The notes below the pieces were generated by a model. The model searched no databases. It had not been told where the DNA came from and saw only the letters and a program-made list of their open reading frames with translations. From a virus (taxonomy: Duplodnaviria > Caudoviricetes): 64,000 nt of DNA. Positions 40,765 to 49,215 of this stretch are shown in pieces (within the stretch, counting starts at the first letter, position 1; each line of letters starts with the position of its first letter). Position numbers and translations under genes: made by a program. The stretch is from IMG/VR virus record IMGVR_UViG_3300032332_002377. One strand, written 5' to 3'.

Positions 40765-41315
40765 AATTTAGTGAGTATTATCTTTATCTAGAGCAGGCCG
40801 CAAAATCACTTGTTATACTTCCTGGTGGATTTAAGCCGCCACATAAAGGTCATTTTGAAGCATTAAAGTATTTGTTGAAAAATTCTAATGCAAATAATGC
40901 TATAGTATTTATAGGTAAAAAAGATAGAGATGGTATTACTCAGGAACAGTCTCTAAAGATATGGGATATATATAAAAAGTATATACCAGCAAATATAGAG
41001 ATTATTGCTGTAACAGGAGCAGATAAAGCAGGTAGAGAGGCAACACCATTGAGCATGACTTATGATTTTATTGAGGACAATAAGAATAATTATGCTGGGT
41101 TTTTTGTTGGCGCAGGACAAGAGGATATGAATAGGTTTAAAGGATTAGAGAAAGATCAACAAAAATATCCTAATACAAAGATCATAGCTATACCGCCTCA
41201 ATTTAATAGAATTTCTGGTACAGAAACAAGAAACAAATTGAAAGGAGGTATTTTAGATTTTATACCTCAAGAAGTAAAAGAAAAAGAAGAAATTAAATCT
41301 ATTCTAAAAGCTTAA
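40761..41315 (+). CDS. HIGH-motif nucleotidyltransferase (cytidylyltransferase / NMNAT-like)
   Basis: PGGFKPPHKGH, GQED..RF, ISGTETR. Confidence 0.82.
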   Translation: MKFSEYYLYLEQAAKSLVILPGGFKPPHKGHFEALKYLLKNSNANNAIVFIGKKDRDGITQEQSLKIWDIYKKYIPANIEIIAVTGADKAGREATPLSMTYDFIEDNKNNYAGFFVGAGQEDMNRFKGLEKDQQKYPNTKIIAIPPQFNRISGTETRNKLKGGILDFIPQEVKEKEEIKSILKA

Positions 41316-42024
41316 TAACTTCAGCAAAAATCTGTTGTTTTGTTTCTTTAGATTCTTTGCTAAGAACACCTTTTAAAGCTTCAATCAAGTCACTACCGCC
41401 TCTGTTGAGAGCATTGTATAGATCAATTTCAGTTTCTTCATATAGGCCGCCCATGCTCTGAACACTCTTCTTGAAGTCCTCAAAATCTTTATACCCAAAT
41501 ACAGAATTAAGATTGTCGTGAGCTTTGCTTATTTTATCAAGAACCCAAGCTTCAACTTTTGCATCACAACCTGCTTTTACCATGAGACTATAAATCATTG
41601 TTGAAAGCTTGAAAATGCGATAGACCAGCTGTTTTGCCATATATGTATCGCTATCTGTATCCTCAGCCTCCATACCACATACACCGCCACACTCTTCACA
41701 ATCCTCATCGTTCTTTCGATTTGCTACACAAGCCTGACATTTATTACATTTGCAGTTGCCGCCTTTTGCAGCACAAACTGTATTAATTTCTTCGTCTTCA
41801 ACAGGCGTGATGGTAGGTCCTTTAGGATTAGGTGTACCAGGCTTGTTGATTGGTGTTGTGACTAGAACTTTTTGACCCTTTTGAGGTAATTTAACGTTCT
41901 GAAGTTTGTCTGGACTTAAGCCTGCGCCAGATGCGTTATCACCCTGAATGCCCATGGAACCAGTAAATTCATTTATTTTATGTTTATATGCTTCATTAAG
42001 CTGCTCAAAGTCTCTTCTAAACAT
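41299..42024 (-). CDS. Late protein with a Cys cluster, probable internal head protein
   Basis: TAAATA 5 nt upstream; MFRRDFEQLNEAY; CKCNKCQAC..CEECGGVC; EAWVLDKISKA. Confidence 0.65.
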   Translation of the reverse strand: MFRRDFEQLNEAYKHKINEFTGSMGIQGDNASGAGLSPDKLQNVKLPQKGQKVLVTTPINKPGTPNPKGPTITPVEDEEINTVCAAKGGNCKCNKCQACVANRKNDEDCEECGGVCGMEAEDTDSDTYMAKQLVYRIFKLSTMIYSLMVKAGCDAKVEAWVLDKISKAHDNLNSVFGYKDFEDFKKSVQSMGGLYEETEIDLYNALNRGGSDLIEALKGVLSKESKETKQQIFAEVIKLLE

Positions 42025-42057
42025 ATAATTATTTATTAATAATACCTAAATAATATT

Positions 42058-42348
42058 ATGACATTATTTGAGAAAGCTTTTTTAAATTTGCTGAATAATG
42101 ATATTATTAATGAAAATAAGGGTCATAGGTGTACAAAGGTCACAGGGCAGATGTCATCTACAAGATCTGATAAAAAGTATATGAGATGTGCTAGAGTTAA
42201 CGGTAAGCTGAAGAGAGTACATTACGGTGATCCAAATTTAAGAATAAAGAAATCCAATTCCAAGCGCAGAAAAAGTTTCAGAGCTCGTCACAAATGTTCT
42301 TCCGCAAAGCCAGGTACACCAAAATACTATAGCTGTAAAAATTGGTAG
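42058..42348 (+). CDS. Small basic Cys/His protein (DUF6321-like)
   Basis: VHYGDPNLRIKK...RRKSFRARHKC...YYSCKNW; late promoter. Confidence 0.7.
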   Translation: MTLFEKAFLNLLNNDIINENKGHRCTKVTGQMSSTRSDKKYMRCARVNGKLKRVHYGDPNLRIKKSNSKRRKSFRARHKCSSAKPGTPKYYSCKNW

Positions 42349-42363
42349 AATATAAGTAATATT

Positions 42364-42771
42364 ATGATTAGTTTTCGAGAATTTCATAATAAAAATGTGC
42401 TCGGTGTGAGGGAGCAAATACATTTATTGGATCATCCTGAATTAGGAGAAATACCTGTTAAGGTTGATACAGGCAATGAAGCATACAACGTATTGCATGG
42501 TGTAAATATAAAAGATAAAGGCGATCATGTCACCTTTAAATCTGTAAATAACAAAGAATTAACTTTACCAAAAATTGATACAGTCACTATTCACATAGGT
42601 AGCGGTGTTAAAGAGGAAAGACCGGTAGTAAAGCTAAGCTTTAATATGAATGGTATAGAGTATAAAGATGTTCCATTTAGCATAGCCGATAGGTCAGAAA
42701 ATGAAGAAGCAGTATTGCTGGGAGAACCTTTTCTTAAACAAACAAATTCAGTTGTTGATGTTAAAAAGTAA
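42364..42771 (+). CDS. Retropepsin-like aspartic protease (RimK-associated 'Zn_protease' family)
   Basis: VKVDTGN, ERPVV, FSIADRS, VLLG; N-terminus MISFREF. Confidence 0.8.
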   Translation: MISFREFHNKNVLGVREQIHLLDHPELGEIPVKVDTGNEAYNVLHGVNIKDKGDHVTFKSVNNKELTLPKIDTVTIHIGSGVKEERPVVKLSFNMNGIEYKDVPFSIADRSENEEAVLLGEPFLKQTNSVVDVKK

Positions 42772-43086
42772 GTTATTAAAACCTATAGCATTCAATACAT
42801 TTTTAAGATTAAAATGATCAATCTTATTAGTAATAAAAATAGTAGGTGCATAGTGTAATTCACTGTCTATTCTTAGCCCCTTCTCTTCGCCAATGTTTAA
42901 AATATCGTCTATAAAGTCCATTGCACCAAAAGTTTTCAGATATTTCCAATAAAAGTCTTTTTGTTCACATTCTATAAAAACTTCAAGATGAATTGCTTTT
43001 TTTGCAATTAGAGTTAGCTCTCTGAAGCAAGTTATGGAGGTAGGTGGGTTTATAATATCGCCGTTAATAATCAGCGAATGACTCAC
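42748..43086 (-). CDS. Late hypothetical protein
   Basis: TAAATA 5 nt before GTG. Confidence 0.6.
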   Translation of the reverse strand: MSHSLIINGDIINPPTSITCFRELTLIAKKAIHLEVFIECEQKDFYWKYLKTFGAMDFIDDILNIGEEKGLRIDSELHYAPTIFITNKIDHFNLKNVLNAIGFNNLLFNINN

Positions 43087-43117
43087 ATAATTATTTAGTC
43101 AGATTCTATATGAGTTT

Positions 43118-43759
43118 TTAGTTTTGCGCAAATTCAACAAACTTATAAAATTCAGCTCTAGAGTTGTCATTATTATCTAAAAATGCACCAGACATTCTAG
43201 CAGTACGCATTGTAGAATCATGGCGTATACCACGGTTAGAGCAGCAGGTGTGATTTGCTTCAATCATTACTGCAACACCATTATTTTTCTCGCAAACTTT
43301 ATCTACATGTGCATGAATTTGCATTGTAAGGTTCTCTTGCACCTGAGGTCGACGAGCAAACCAATCCACAATACGATTGAGCTTACTTAGACCAATAACT
43401 TTACCTTCTTTAGAAGGTATATATGCAACATGTGCAACGCCTGTAAAGGGTGCATGATGATGAGAGCAAAGTGATGTTAATTTAATATTATTTTGACACA
43501 CCATGCCGTCGTATTGATCAATATTATCAAAAGCTGTTATCTTCGGTGGCTTGCTATAGCAACCCCATGCAAAATCTTCTACAAAAGCCTTAGCAACACG
43601 GTGTGGTGTATTGTCACTATTTGGATCGTTTCTCCAGTCATATCCTAGTGCATCCATATAAGCCTCATAAGCTTTTGAGGCTCTTTCAATTATTTGCTCT
43701 CTTTCTTCTTGAGAATGGGGGTGATTATGATTAGCGAAAGCGAGTTTTACTTTAGACAT
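43118..43759 (-). CDS. folE: GTP cyclohydrolase I
   Basis: [40 protein letters not shown]; start MSKVK 7 nt after TTGAAA-16-TATAAT. Confidence 0.96.
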   Translation of the reverse strand: MSKVKLAFANHNHPHSQEEREQIIERASKAYEAYMDALGYDWRNDPNSDNTPHRVAKAFVEDFAWGCYSKPPKITAFDNIDQYDGMVCQNNIKLTSLCSHHHAPFTGVAHVAYIPSKEGKVIGLSKLNRIVDWFARRPQVQENLTMQIHAHVDKVCEKNNGVAVMIEANHTCCSNRGIRHDSTMRTARMSGAFLDNNDNSRAEFYKFVEFAQN

Positions 43760-43807
43760 ATGTGTTATTATATGATAAGAGTTAGCAGTTTCAACATAAA
43801 TATTAAT

Positions 43808-44242
43808 ATGGGATTTCATACCAGAATAGACGAATCTCTAAGAACAACAAATCTTAGAAGAATAAGAATAAAGACTGATCCTTCAAAAGTAGCAAACAAC
43901 GAAGACTTTAAAAATGTTGAAGGCTATGAAGGCTATATTCTAGGTGAGTGCAGGGGCATGTTGAAGGTATTGGTTTTAGCACCAGATATGCCTATTATGG
44001 ATATACCTCCAGAAGTGCTTGAACATATATATGATGATCAAGTGGGTGATGTTCTAAGTGAATTTAAAAACTATGCTAAAGAATATCTCATTAAAAATAA
44101 AAATAAGAAACAAAATGATCCGGTTTTTGTTAATATAGATAATTCTTCTGAATATAATGAAATTGAATCATTTTTAAAACAGGGTGGTGTTAGTGATGAA
44201 GAATTAAGTAAAATATATAGGGAGTTTATAGAACGTGAGTAA
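43808..44242 (+). CDS. Late hypothetical protein
   Basis: ATG 43808 is 5 nt after TAAATA ([11 protein letters not shown]). Confidence 0.65.
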   Translation: MGFHTRIDESLRTTNLRRIRIKTDPSKVANNEDFKNVEGYEGYILGECRGMLKVLVLAPDMPIMDIPPEVLEHIYDDQVGDVLSEFKNYAKEYLIKNKNKKQNDPVFVNIDNSSEYNEIESFLKQGGVSDEELSKIYREFIERE

Positions 44243-44753
44243 ATTTGATAATTTATATAATGCATTAGTTTCTGAGGCACCTCTAAGAGACTATATCAAA
44301 GCAGCAAAAATAAGAACTGGTGCAGATAAAGCAGGGTTTAAAACTGGTCTGCTTGGAAAAGCTGTAGCAGGGTTGGGTGGTGTTGCTAGCAAAGCAGTAG
44401 GAGCAGTGGGGCATAGCTTGGGAGTTCAGGGCAAGAGTTTTCCAGGAACAAACGCACTGCAGGCAGGTATATCCAAGACAGCGGGTGCTATTGGCGGCGG
44501 TTTACAAGCTGCAGCAGATGTGAGAAGAACTGCACAAGATTTAAATAAACAAAGAATGCAGGGCTATACAGCAGCACCACAATCTTATCTAACAGTTTCA
44601 CGCGATCAAATACCTGCAGGTAATTATAGACAAAATGATATAGTTTTCTTTAATGATCAGAATGGTAAGAAAATGAGAGGCAAATTCGGTGGTGCAGCCC
44701 AAGATGCACAACATAAAGATGTAGCAATAATACTTGATCCAGAATATGCTTAA
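44235..44753 (+). CDS. Gly/Ala-rich protein with capsid-targeting-like N-terminus
   Basis: [15 protein letters not shown]; amphipathic G/A/K segment. Confidence 0.65.
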   Translation: MSKFDNLYNALVSEAPLRDYIKAAKIRTGADKAGFKTGLLGKAVAGLGGVASKAVGAVGHSLGVQGKSFPGTNALQAGISKTAGAIGGGLQAAADVRRTAQDLNKQRMQGYTAAPQSYLTVSRDQIPAGNYRQNDIVFFNDQNGKKMRGKFGGAAQDAQHKDVAIILDPEYA

Positions 44754-44767
44754 ATATAAATATTAAT

Positions 44768-44986
44768 ATGCCTTTAAAATCTGGAAAATCTAATATTGGT
44801 AAGAATGTTGGTGAGCTAATGCGTGCTTATAAGCAAAAGGGTAAAATAGGTGCATCTCACCCAAAGACCAAGAAAGCAGCGCAGAAACAAGCTGTAGCAA
44901 TTGCTTTATCTAAAGCAAAAGAAAGTTTTGAAGACAAAGTCAATAGAATTCTGGCAGAAATTAATAATCTAAAAAATAACAGTTGA
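44768..44986 (+). CDS. Small basic protein (DUF6496-like)
   Basis: MPLKSGKS...KQAVAIALSKA; TATAAATA 5 nt upstream. Confidence 0.7.
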   Translation: MPLKSGKSNIGKNVGELMRAYKQKGKIGASHPKTKKAAQKQAVAIALSKAKESFEDKVNRILAEINNLKNNS

Positions 44987-45087
44987 TTTTTCAATTTTTC
45001 TTATTATAATATAAATAGGTATAGAAAAGAATCTCTTTGCAAATTAAGCTTAGTTGATTTTTTATTAAACCAGGTTATTATAAGAAT

Positions 45088-45801
45088 ATGAAATTTGAGA
45101 GTACAAAAGTAATAGAGTTAGGCTCATGCGCATTTAGACAGTGGAGAGCAGATAGTCATTGCAAGTTTATACATGGATACAGATTGGTTGGTAAATTTTG
45201 GTTTGAATGCAGTACACTGGATGACAGAAATTGGGTTGTTGATTTTGGTGGATTAAAGGAGCTTAAACAGGTACTAGAAAAACAGTTTGATCACACATTA
45301 TGTATTGCTAGTGATGACCCGCTTTTGAATAATTTTAAACAATTACATGAATTAGGAGCAGTAGATCTAAGAGTTATGCCTAGAGGAGTTGGTATCGAGA
45401 GAACAGCAGAATGGTGTTTTGATGTTGCTGATGCTCATGTGAGAGGCATTACAAAAAATAGATGTTGGGTTAGCAGGGTTGAAGTATGGGAGCATGATAA
45501 AAATTCAGCAATTGCTAGCCTAGATTATGTACCAATTCCTAGCGATTTTAATCCTTATGCATCTGATAAACATGTAAAGACCAATTCAACCATTACACCT
45601 GCACTCGAGCCAGTCAATGCAACAAATGCAGGTATTAATGTAGCTACAGTAGTTGCAGCAGCTGCACCTGAAACAATTACCTCTACTGGTGGTCAAATTG
45701 AAAATATTCCTTTAAAGAAAGAGATCAAGGGTGCTCCAGTAGGTAATAAGGTAACTAAGGGTTGGTCAAACCCGTTTGAAGGCACTAGCTGGGGTAGATG
45801 A
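45088..45801 (+). CDS. queD: 6-carboxy-5,6,7,8-tetrahydropterin synthase with C-terminal extension
   Basis: SHCKFIHGY, WVVDFGGLK, FDHT, VEVWEH. Confidence 0.9.
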   Translation: MKFESTKVIELGSCAFRQWRADSHCKFIHGYRLVGKFWFECSTLDDRNWVVDFGGLKELKQVLEKQFDHTLCIASDDPLLNNFKQLHELGAVDLRVMPRGVGIERTAEWCFDVADAHVRGITKNRCWVSRVEVWEHDKNSAIASLDYVPIPSDFNPYASDKHVKTNSTITPALEPVNATNAGINVATVVAAAAPETITSTGGQIENIPLKKEIKGAPVGNKVTKGWSNPFEGTSWGR

Positions 45802-45986
45802 ATCCAGAGATAAGACAACAACTCTATGGCGGCGAGATAGCCGATTATTATCCCTGTAAAGACAAAAATATTTCACCTGAAAAAGACAATAGAAACATTG
45901 GCAATATATATCAGCAGATTCTTAATAAAAATAATCCCTTGAATCTGCCTAGTGTTCTCAAGAACAAAATTACAATTGTTAAGTAA
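45798..45986 (+). CDS. Hypothetical protein
   Basis: ATGA-coupled to queD. Confidence 0.5.
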   Translation: MNPEIRQQLYGGEIADYYPCKDKNISPEKDNRNIGNIYQQILNKNNPLNLPSVLKNKITIVK

Positions 45987-45989
45987 ATA

Positions 45990-46727
45990 TTATTTCTTAA
46001 TACTCGCTATAACTTTAACTATAAACTTTAACAATTTACTGCGTGTAATATCTTCTTCTGTAAAATGAAAAGCATTAATTCCTTGATTATGGCTCTGTTC
46101 GGTATCAAAAGCTTTCATTATTTTTTCAAAACCTGATTTTTGAATATCTGATTGCAAGGAATCACCTATTATAAATAGCTTACAATTTTTACCAAATCTT
46201 GTTAAAATTGTTACAAGCTCACTATGTTCAAGGTTTTGTGCTTCATCTACTATAACAACGTTGTTCGTAAATGTTGCTCCGCGTAAAAAATTAACTGGTA
46301 TGCTCTTCAAGTAATCACTTTCAAAAAGCATTTCTGTTATTTGTTTTCCTACCAATTCATCACATTTCTCTATTAAAGGTATACTCCAAGGTTTAAACTT
46401 TTCATCCACCTCACCCGGGAGACTGCCTAATTTTCTTGTTGCCGATTCAACAATACTACGTATATAGACAATTTCATCTATCTTCTTATCTCTTAGCATT
46501 GTAAGAGCTACATATACAGCAAGATATGTCTTTGATGAACCTGCAGGACCATCGCAGAAAAGAATTTGCGATGCATCATCCATTGCTTTCTCTACAAAAG
46601 CTTTATGATGATCATTTAAATGAAACTTCTGATCAATTTTAAAATTGAGAAAAATATCATTCCGTATGATACCATTCTCATCTTTAGCTTTGGCAGCTTT
46701 TTTGAGCTGTCTGTCTTTCTTAGACAT
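45990..46727 (-). CDS. phoH: PhoH-family ATPase
   Basis: GPAGSSKTY, LGSLPG, FLRGATF, DEAQN, LTRFG, GDSLQSD. Confidence 0.93.
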   Translation of the reverse strand: MSKKDRQLKKAAKAKDENGIIRNDIFLNFKIDQKFHLNDHHKAFVEKAMDDASQILFCDGPAGSSKTYLAVYVALTMLRDKKIDEIVYIRSIVESATRKLGSLPGEVDEKFKPWSIPLIEKCDELVGKQITEMLFESDYLKSIPVNFLRGATFTNNVVIVDEAQNLEHSELVTILTRFGKNCKLFIIGDSLQSDIQKSGFEKIMKAFDTEQSHNQGINAFHFTEEDITRSKLLKFIVKVIASIKK

Positions 46728-46774
46728 CTAATAATATTTATTGGATTTCTATCTTTTTTACGTATAATAATGAT

Positions 46775-47512
46775 ATGGATAAGAACGTATTTCTTTCAGA
46801 CGATAAGGTATTTCACACTATTGAGGGTGAAGGTGAGCATATTGGTAAGCCATCTGTCTTCATGCGTATGGCGATGTGTAATTTAACATGTAAAGGGTTT
46901 GCTAGTAAAGATTCACCTCACGGGTGTGATAGTTTTGTTAGCTGGTCTGTAAAGAACAAGTTCTCTATCTCTCAGCTACTTGATTATCTTGAGCAAGAAA
47001 ATTTTGTTTCTTATTTGCGCAGAGGTGACATTTTTAAGATTACTGGTGGTGAACCCCTCATACAGCAGAAAAATCTTCTTGAATTAATATTAGAATTCTC
47101 TCAGAGATTTCGCTTTATTCCGCGCATTGATTTTGAAACAAATGCAACAATTCTACCTGACCCTGCTTGGCAGCTAGATTACTTTGCAACATTTACAACA
47201 TCACCAAAGCTAGCAAGCAACGGTGACCCTGCAAGTAAGAGATATATACCTGAAACACTACTATGGCATGCTCGCAATGGATCAGGGTTTAAGTTTGTTA
47301 TTACAAAGGAAGAGGATTTAGTAGAAATAGAAGAAAAATATATTGATAAATTTCAAATAAGAAACAATAAGATTTGGCTAATGCCTTGCTGCGGCAGCAG
47401 AGATGAACATGTTAGAATTGCTCCTATGGTTGCTGAGCTTTGTAAGAAGCATGGCTTTAATTTTAGTCCAAGATTACAACTAGTTATTTGGGATAAAGCG
47501 CTTAAAGTATAA
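46775..47512 (+). CDS. queE: 7-carboxy-7-deazaguanine synthase (radical SAM)
   Basis: FHTIEGEG, CNLTC(x10)CD, ITGGEPL, ETNAT, SPKL, SPRLQ. Confidence 0.93.
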   Translation: MDKNVFLSDDKVFHTIEGEGEHIGKPSVFMRMAMCNLTCKGFASKDSPHGCDSFVSWSVKNKFSISQLLDYLEQENFVSYLRRGDIFKITGGEPLIQQKNLLELILEFSQRFRFIPRIDFETNATILPDPAWQLDYFATFTTSPKLASNGDPASKRYIPETLLWHARNGSGFKFVITKEEDLVEIEEKYIDKFQIRNNKIWLMPCCGSRDEHVRIAPMVAELCKKHGFNFSPRLQLVIWDKALKV

Positions 47513-47513
47513 T

Positions 47514-48248
47514 ATGAGAATAGCTGTTTCTGGTGCTGCGTGTCAAGGCAAATCAACTCTTATTCAAGATTTTCTAAAGAACTGGCCAACATATAATCGG
47601 TCAAAAGAAAGCTATAGAGAATTATTAGCAAAAGAAAATCTTAAAATTAATAAGGAGGTAAATCAAGAAGGTCAATGGAAGATACTGAATAGTTTAATTA
47701 ACGATCTTCAATCAACAGCAAAAACAGATAAAATTATTTTTGACAGATGCCCTCTTGATAATCTTGCCTATTCCATGTGGAGTTTTGATAAGCAGGCTAC
47801 CGATATTGATAAAGAGTTTATTGATAAATGTATACCACTTGTTGCTGAAAGCATGAGACATCTTGATATTATCTTCTTTGTTCCAATTACAAAATTTTCA
47901 CCTGTAAACATCGAGAAGAAAGAAACAAGAGAAACTGATAAAGAATACATTAAAGAAGTAGATAATATATTCAAAGCTATTCAGAGATCTTATTATACAG
48001 GTAAGTCGCCCTTTTTCCCTAAAGATGACTCCCCTGCAATTATTGAAATTTTCGGTACACCTGAAGAGCGCATTAAAATGATAGAGCTTTATCTCAATAG
48101 TGACGGTGTTCTTCATGGAGAAGATCAGAGTGTATTAAACCCTGAAAACCTGGATTATATAGAAACGCTTCTCAAAGCCCAGAAGCAAGCAAAAGAGCAA
48201 GAAGATGAAGAAGCAAGATTGAGAAAAAAGTTCCTTTTTAATAAATAA
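47514..48248 (+). CDS. P-loop nucleotide kinase-like protein (AAA_28/NadR-type)
   Basis: SGAACQGKST, FDRCPLD. Confidence 0.75.
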   Translation: MRIAVSGAACQGKSTLIQDFLKNWPTYNRSKESYRELLAKENLKINKEVNQEGQWKILNSLINDLQSTAKTDKIIFDRCPLDNLAYSMWSFDKQATDIDKEFIDKCIPLVAESMRHLDIIFFVPITKFSPVNIEKKETRETDKEYIKEVDNIFKAIQRSYYTGKSPFFPKDDSPAIIEIFGTPEERIKMIELYLNSDGVLHGEDQSVLNPENLDYIETLLKAQKQAKEQEDEEARLRKKFLFNK

Positions 48249-48252
48249 TTAG

Positions 48253-48465
48253 GTGAACAAATTTAATAAAAAGTTTGAAGCTATTGCTGAAAGCTTTAAA
48301 TCCATAAAATACGTTAAAAGAGAATTTTACCCTAAAAACTTCACTCTCTCAGAAGATTTTGTTAATGCATTTAGAAGAGAATACAGAAGATTGATTGATG
48401 AAGGTATTGAACCAAGAAAAGCGCTAATCAAGCTCAATAAAGCCCTTTTATTTCATACAAAATAA
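48253..48465 (+). CDS. Small late protein
   Basis: TAAATA 5 nt before GTG; MNKFNKKFEAIAES. Confidence 0.6.
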   Translation: MNKFNKKFEAIAESFKSIKYVKREFYPKNFTLSEDFVNAFRREYRRLIDEGIEPRKALIKLNKALLFHTK

Positions 48466-49215
48466 TTAATTGTAAAAGTATACAACTCTTACACCGACTT
48501 TAATAGTACCGCCTGTGCCATTTGCACTCTGTAGACCAACCACAAAAGTTAAATAATCATCGCCTGGACCTGTGCCTGGAAAGTAATTTACAGCACTCAA
48601 GCTCACAGGAGTTGCAGGAACTGTACTTACAACTTTATCTTGAAATGGTGTTAGGGTGAAGTATGATGCATAGTTCGAACTATTTCCAAGCAAACTGCCT
48701 ATACTTACACCTGTTGTATCAGTAGGAAACCCACCGACATTTAATGGGGCAGAAGCTACTGCTCCATTACTAATAGAAGCCACGCCATTATATTCATACA
48801 CTTTTTTATAAAATTGTGATGAATTAGCTGAAACAGTTTGATAGAGATTATAGAGGGTGGTGTATTCCGGTGAACCTATTACATAGTCTGAAGATACAAC
48901 AATGCCGTTTGTTGTTTGTAGTCTATTCCTATAACCAAATGATGCATCAGGTGCCAATGTATCATCAGTAAAAACCTGCTTTACTTTAAGTGTTGTAGTT
49001 TCAACTTGAGAAAAAAGACTGCTTGTGCCTGTTAAATTACCAACTACTGTTGCGTTACCTGCAACATCTGTACGTACAACATTAAAGTTTTGAAAGGGTA
49101 TTGTTTGTGTACCGTTCTGTGTCTCTAAAATTAAAAGATCTGCGTCGGCAGCTATTTGAGCTTGCGGCAGACTGTTAATATTAACTGAGTTACTATTGGA
49201 AGAGTTTGTTGCCAT
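48466..49215 (-). CDS. Probable virion structural (fibre/appendage) protein
   Basis: NINSLP...DLLILE N-terminus; Ser/Thr/Gly beta-rich; TATAAATA 6 nt upstream. Confidence 0.55.
   Translation of the reverse strand: MATNSSNSNSVNINSLPQAQIAADADLLILETQNGTQTIPFQNFNVVRTDVAGNATVVGNLTGTSSLFSQVETTTLKVKQVFTDDTLAPDASFGYRNRLQTTNGIVVSSDYVIGSPEYTTLYNLYQTVSANSSQFYKKVYEYNGVASISNGAVASAPLNVGGFPTDTTGVSIGSLLGNSSNYASYFTLTPFQDKVVSTVPATPVSLSAVNYFPGTGPGDDYLTFVVGLQSANGTGGTIKVGVRVVYFYN

Noticed and set aside
45011-45087. Possible preQ1 riboswitch upstream of queD
   Set aside because: No P1 stem with the conserved loop and A-rich tail of class I, and too short for class II/III.
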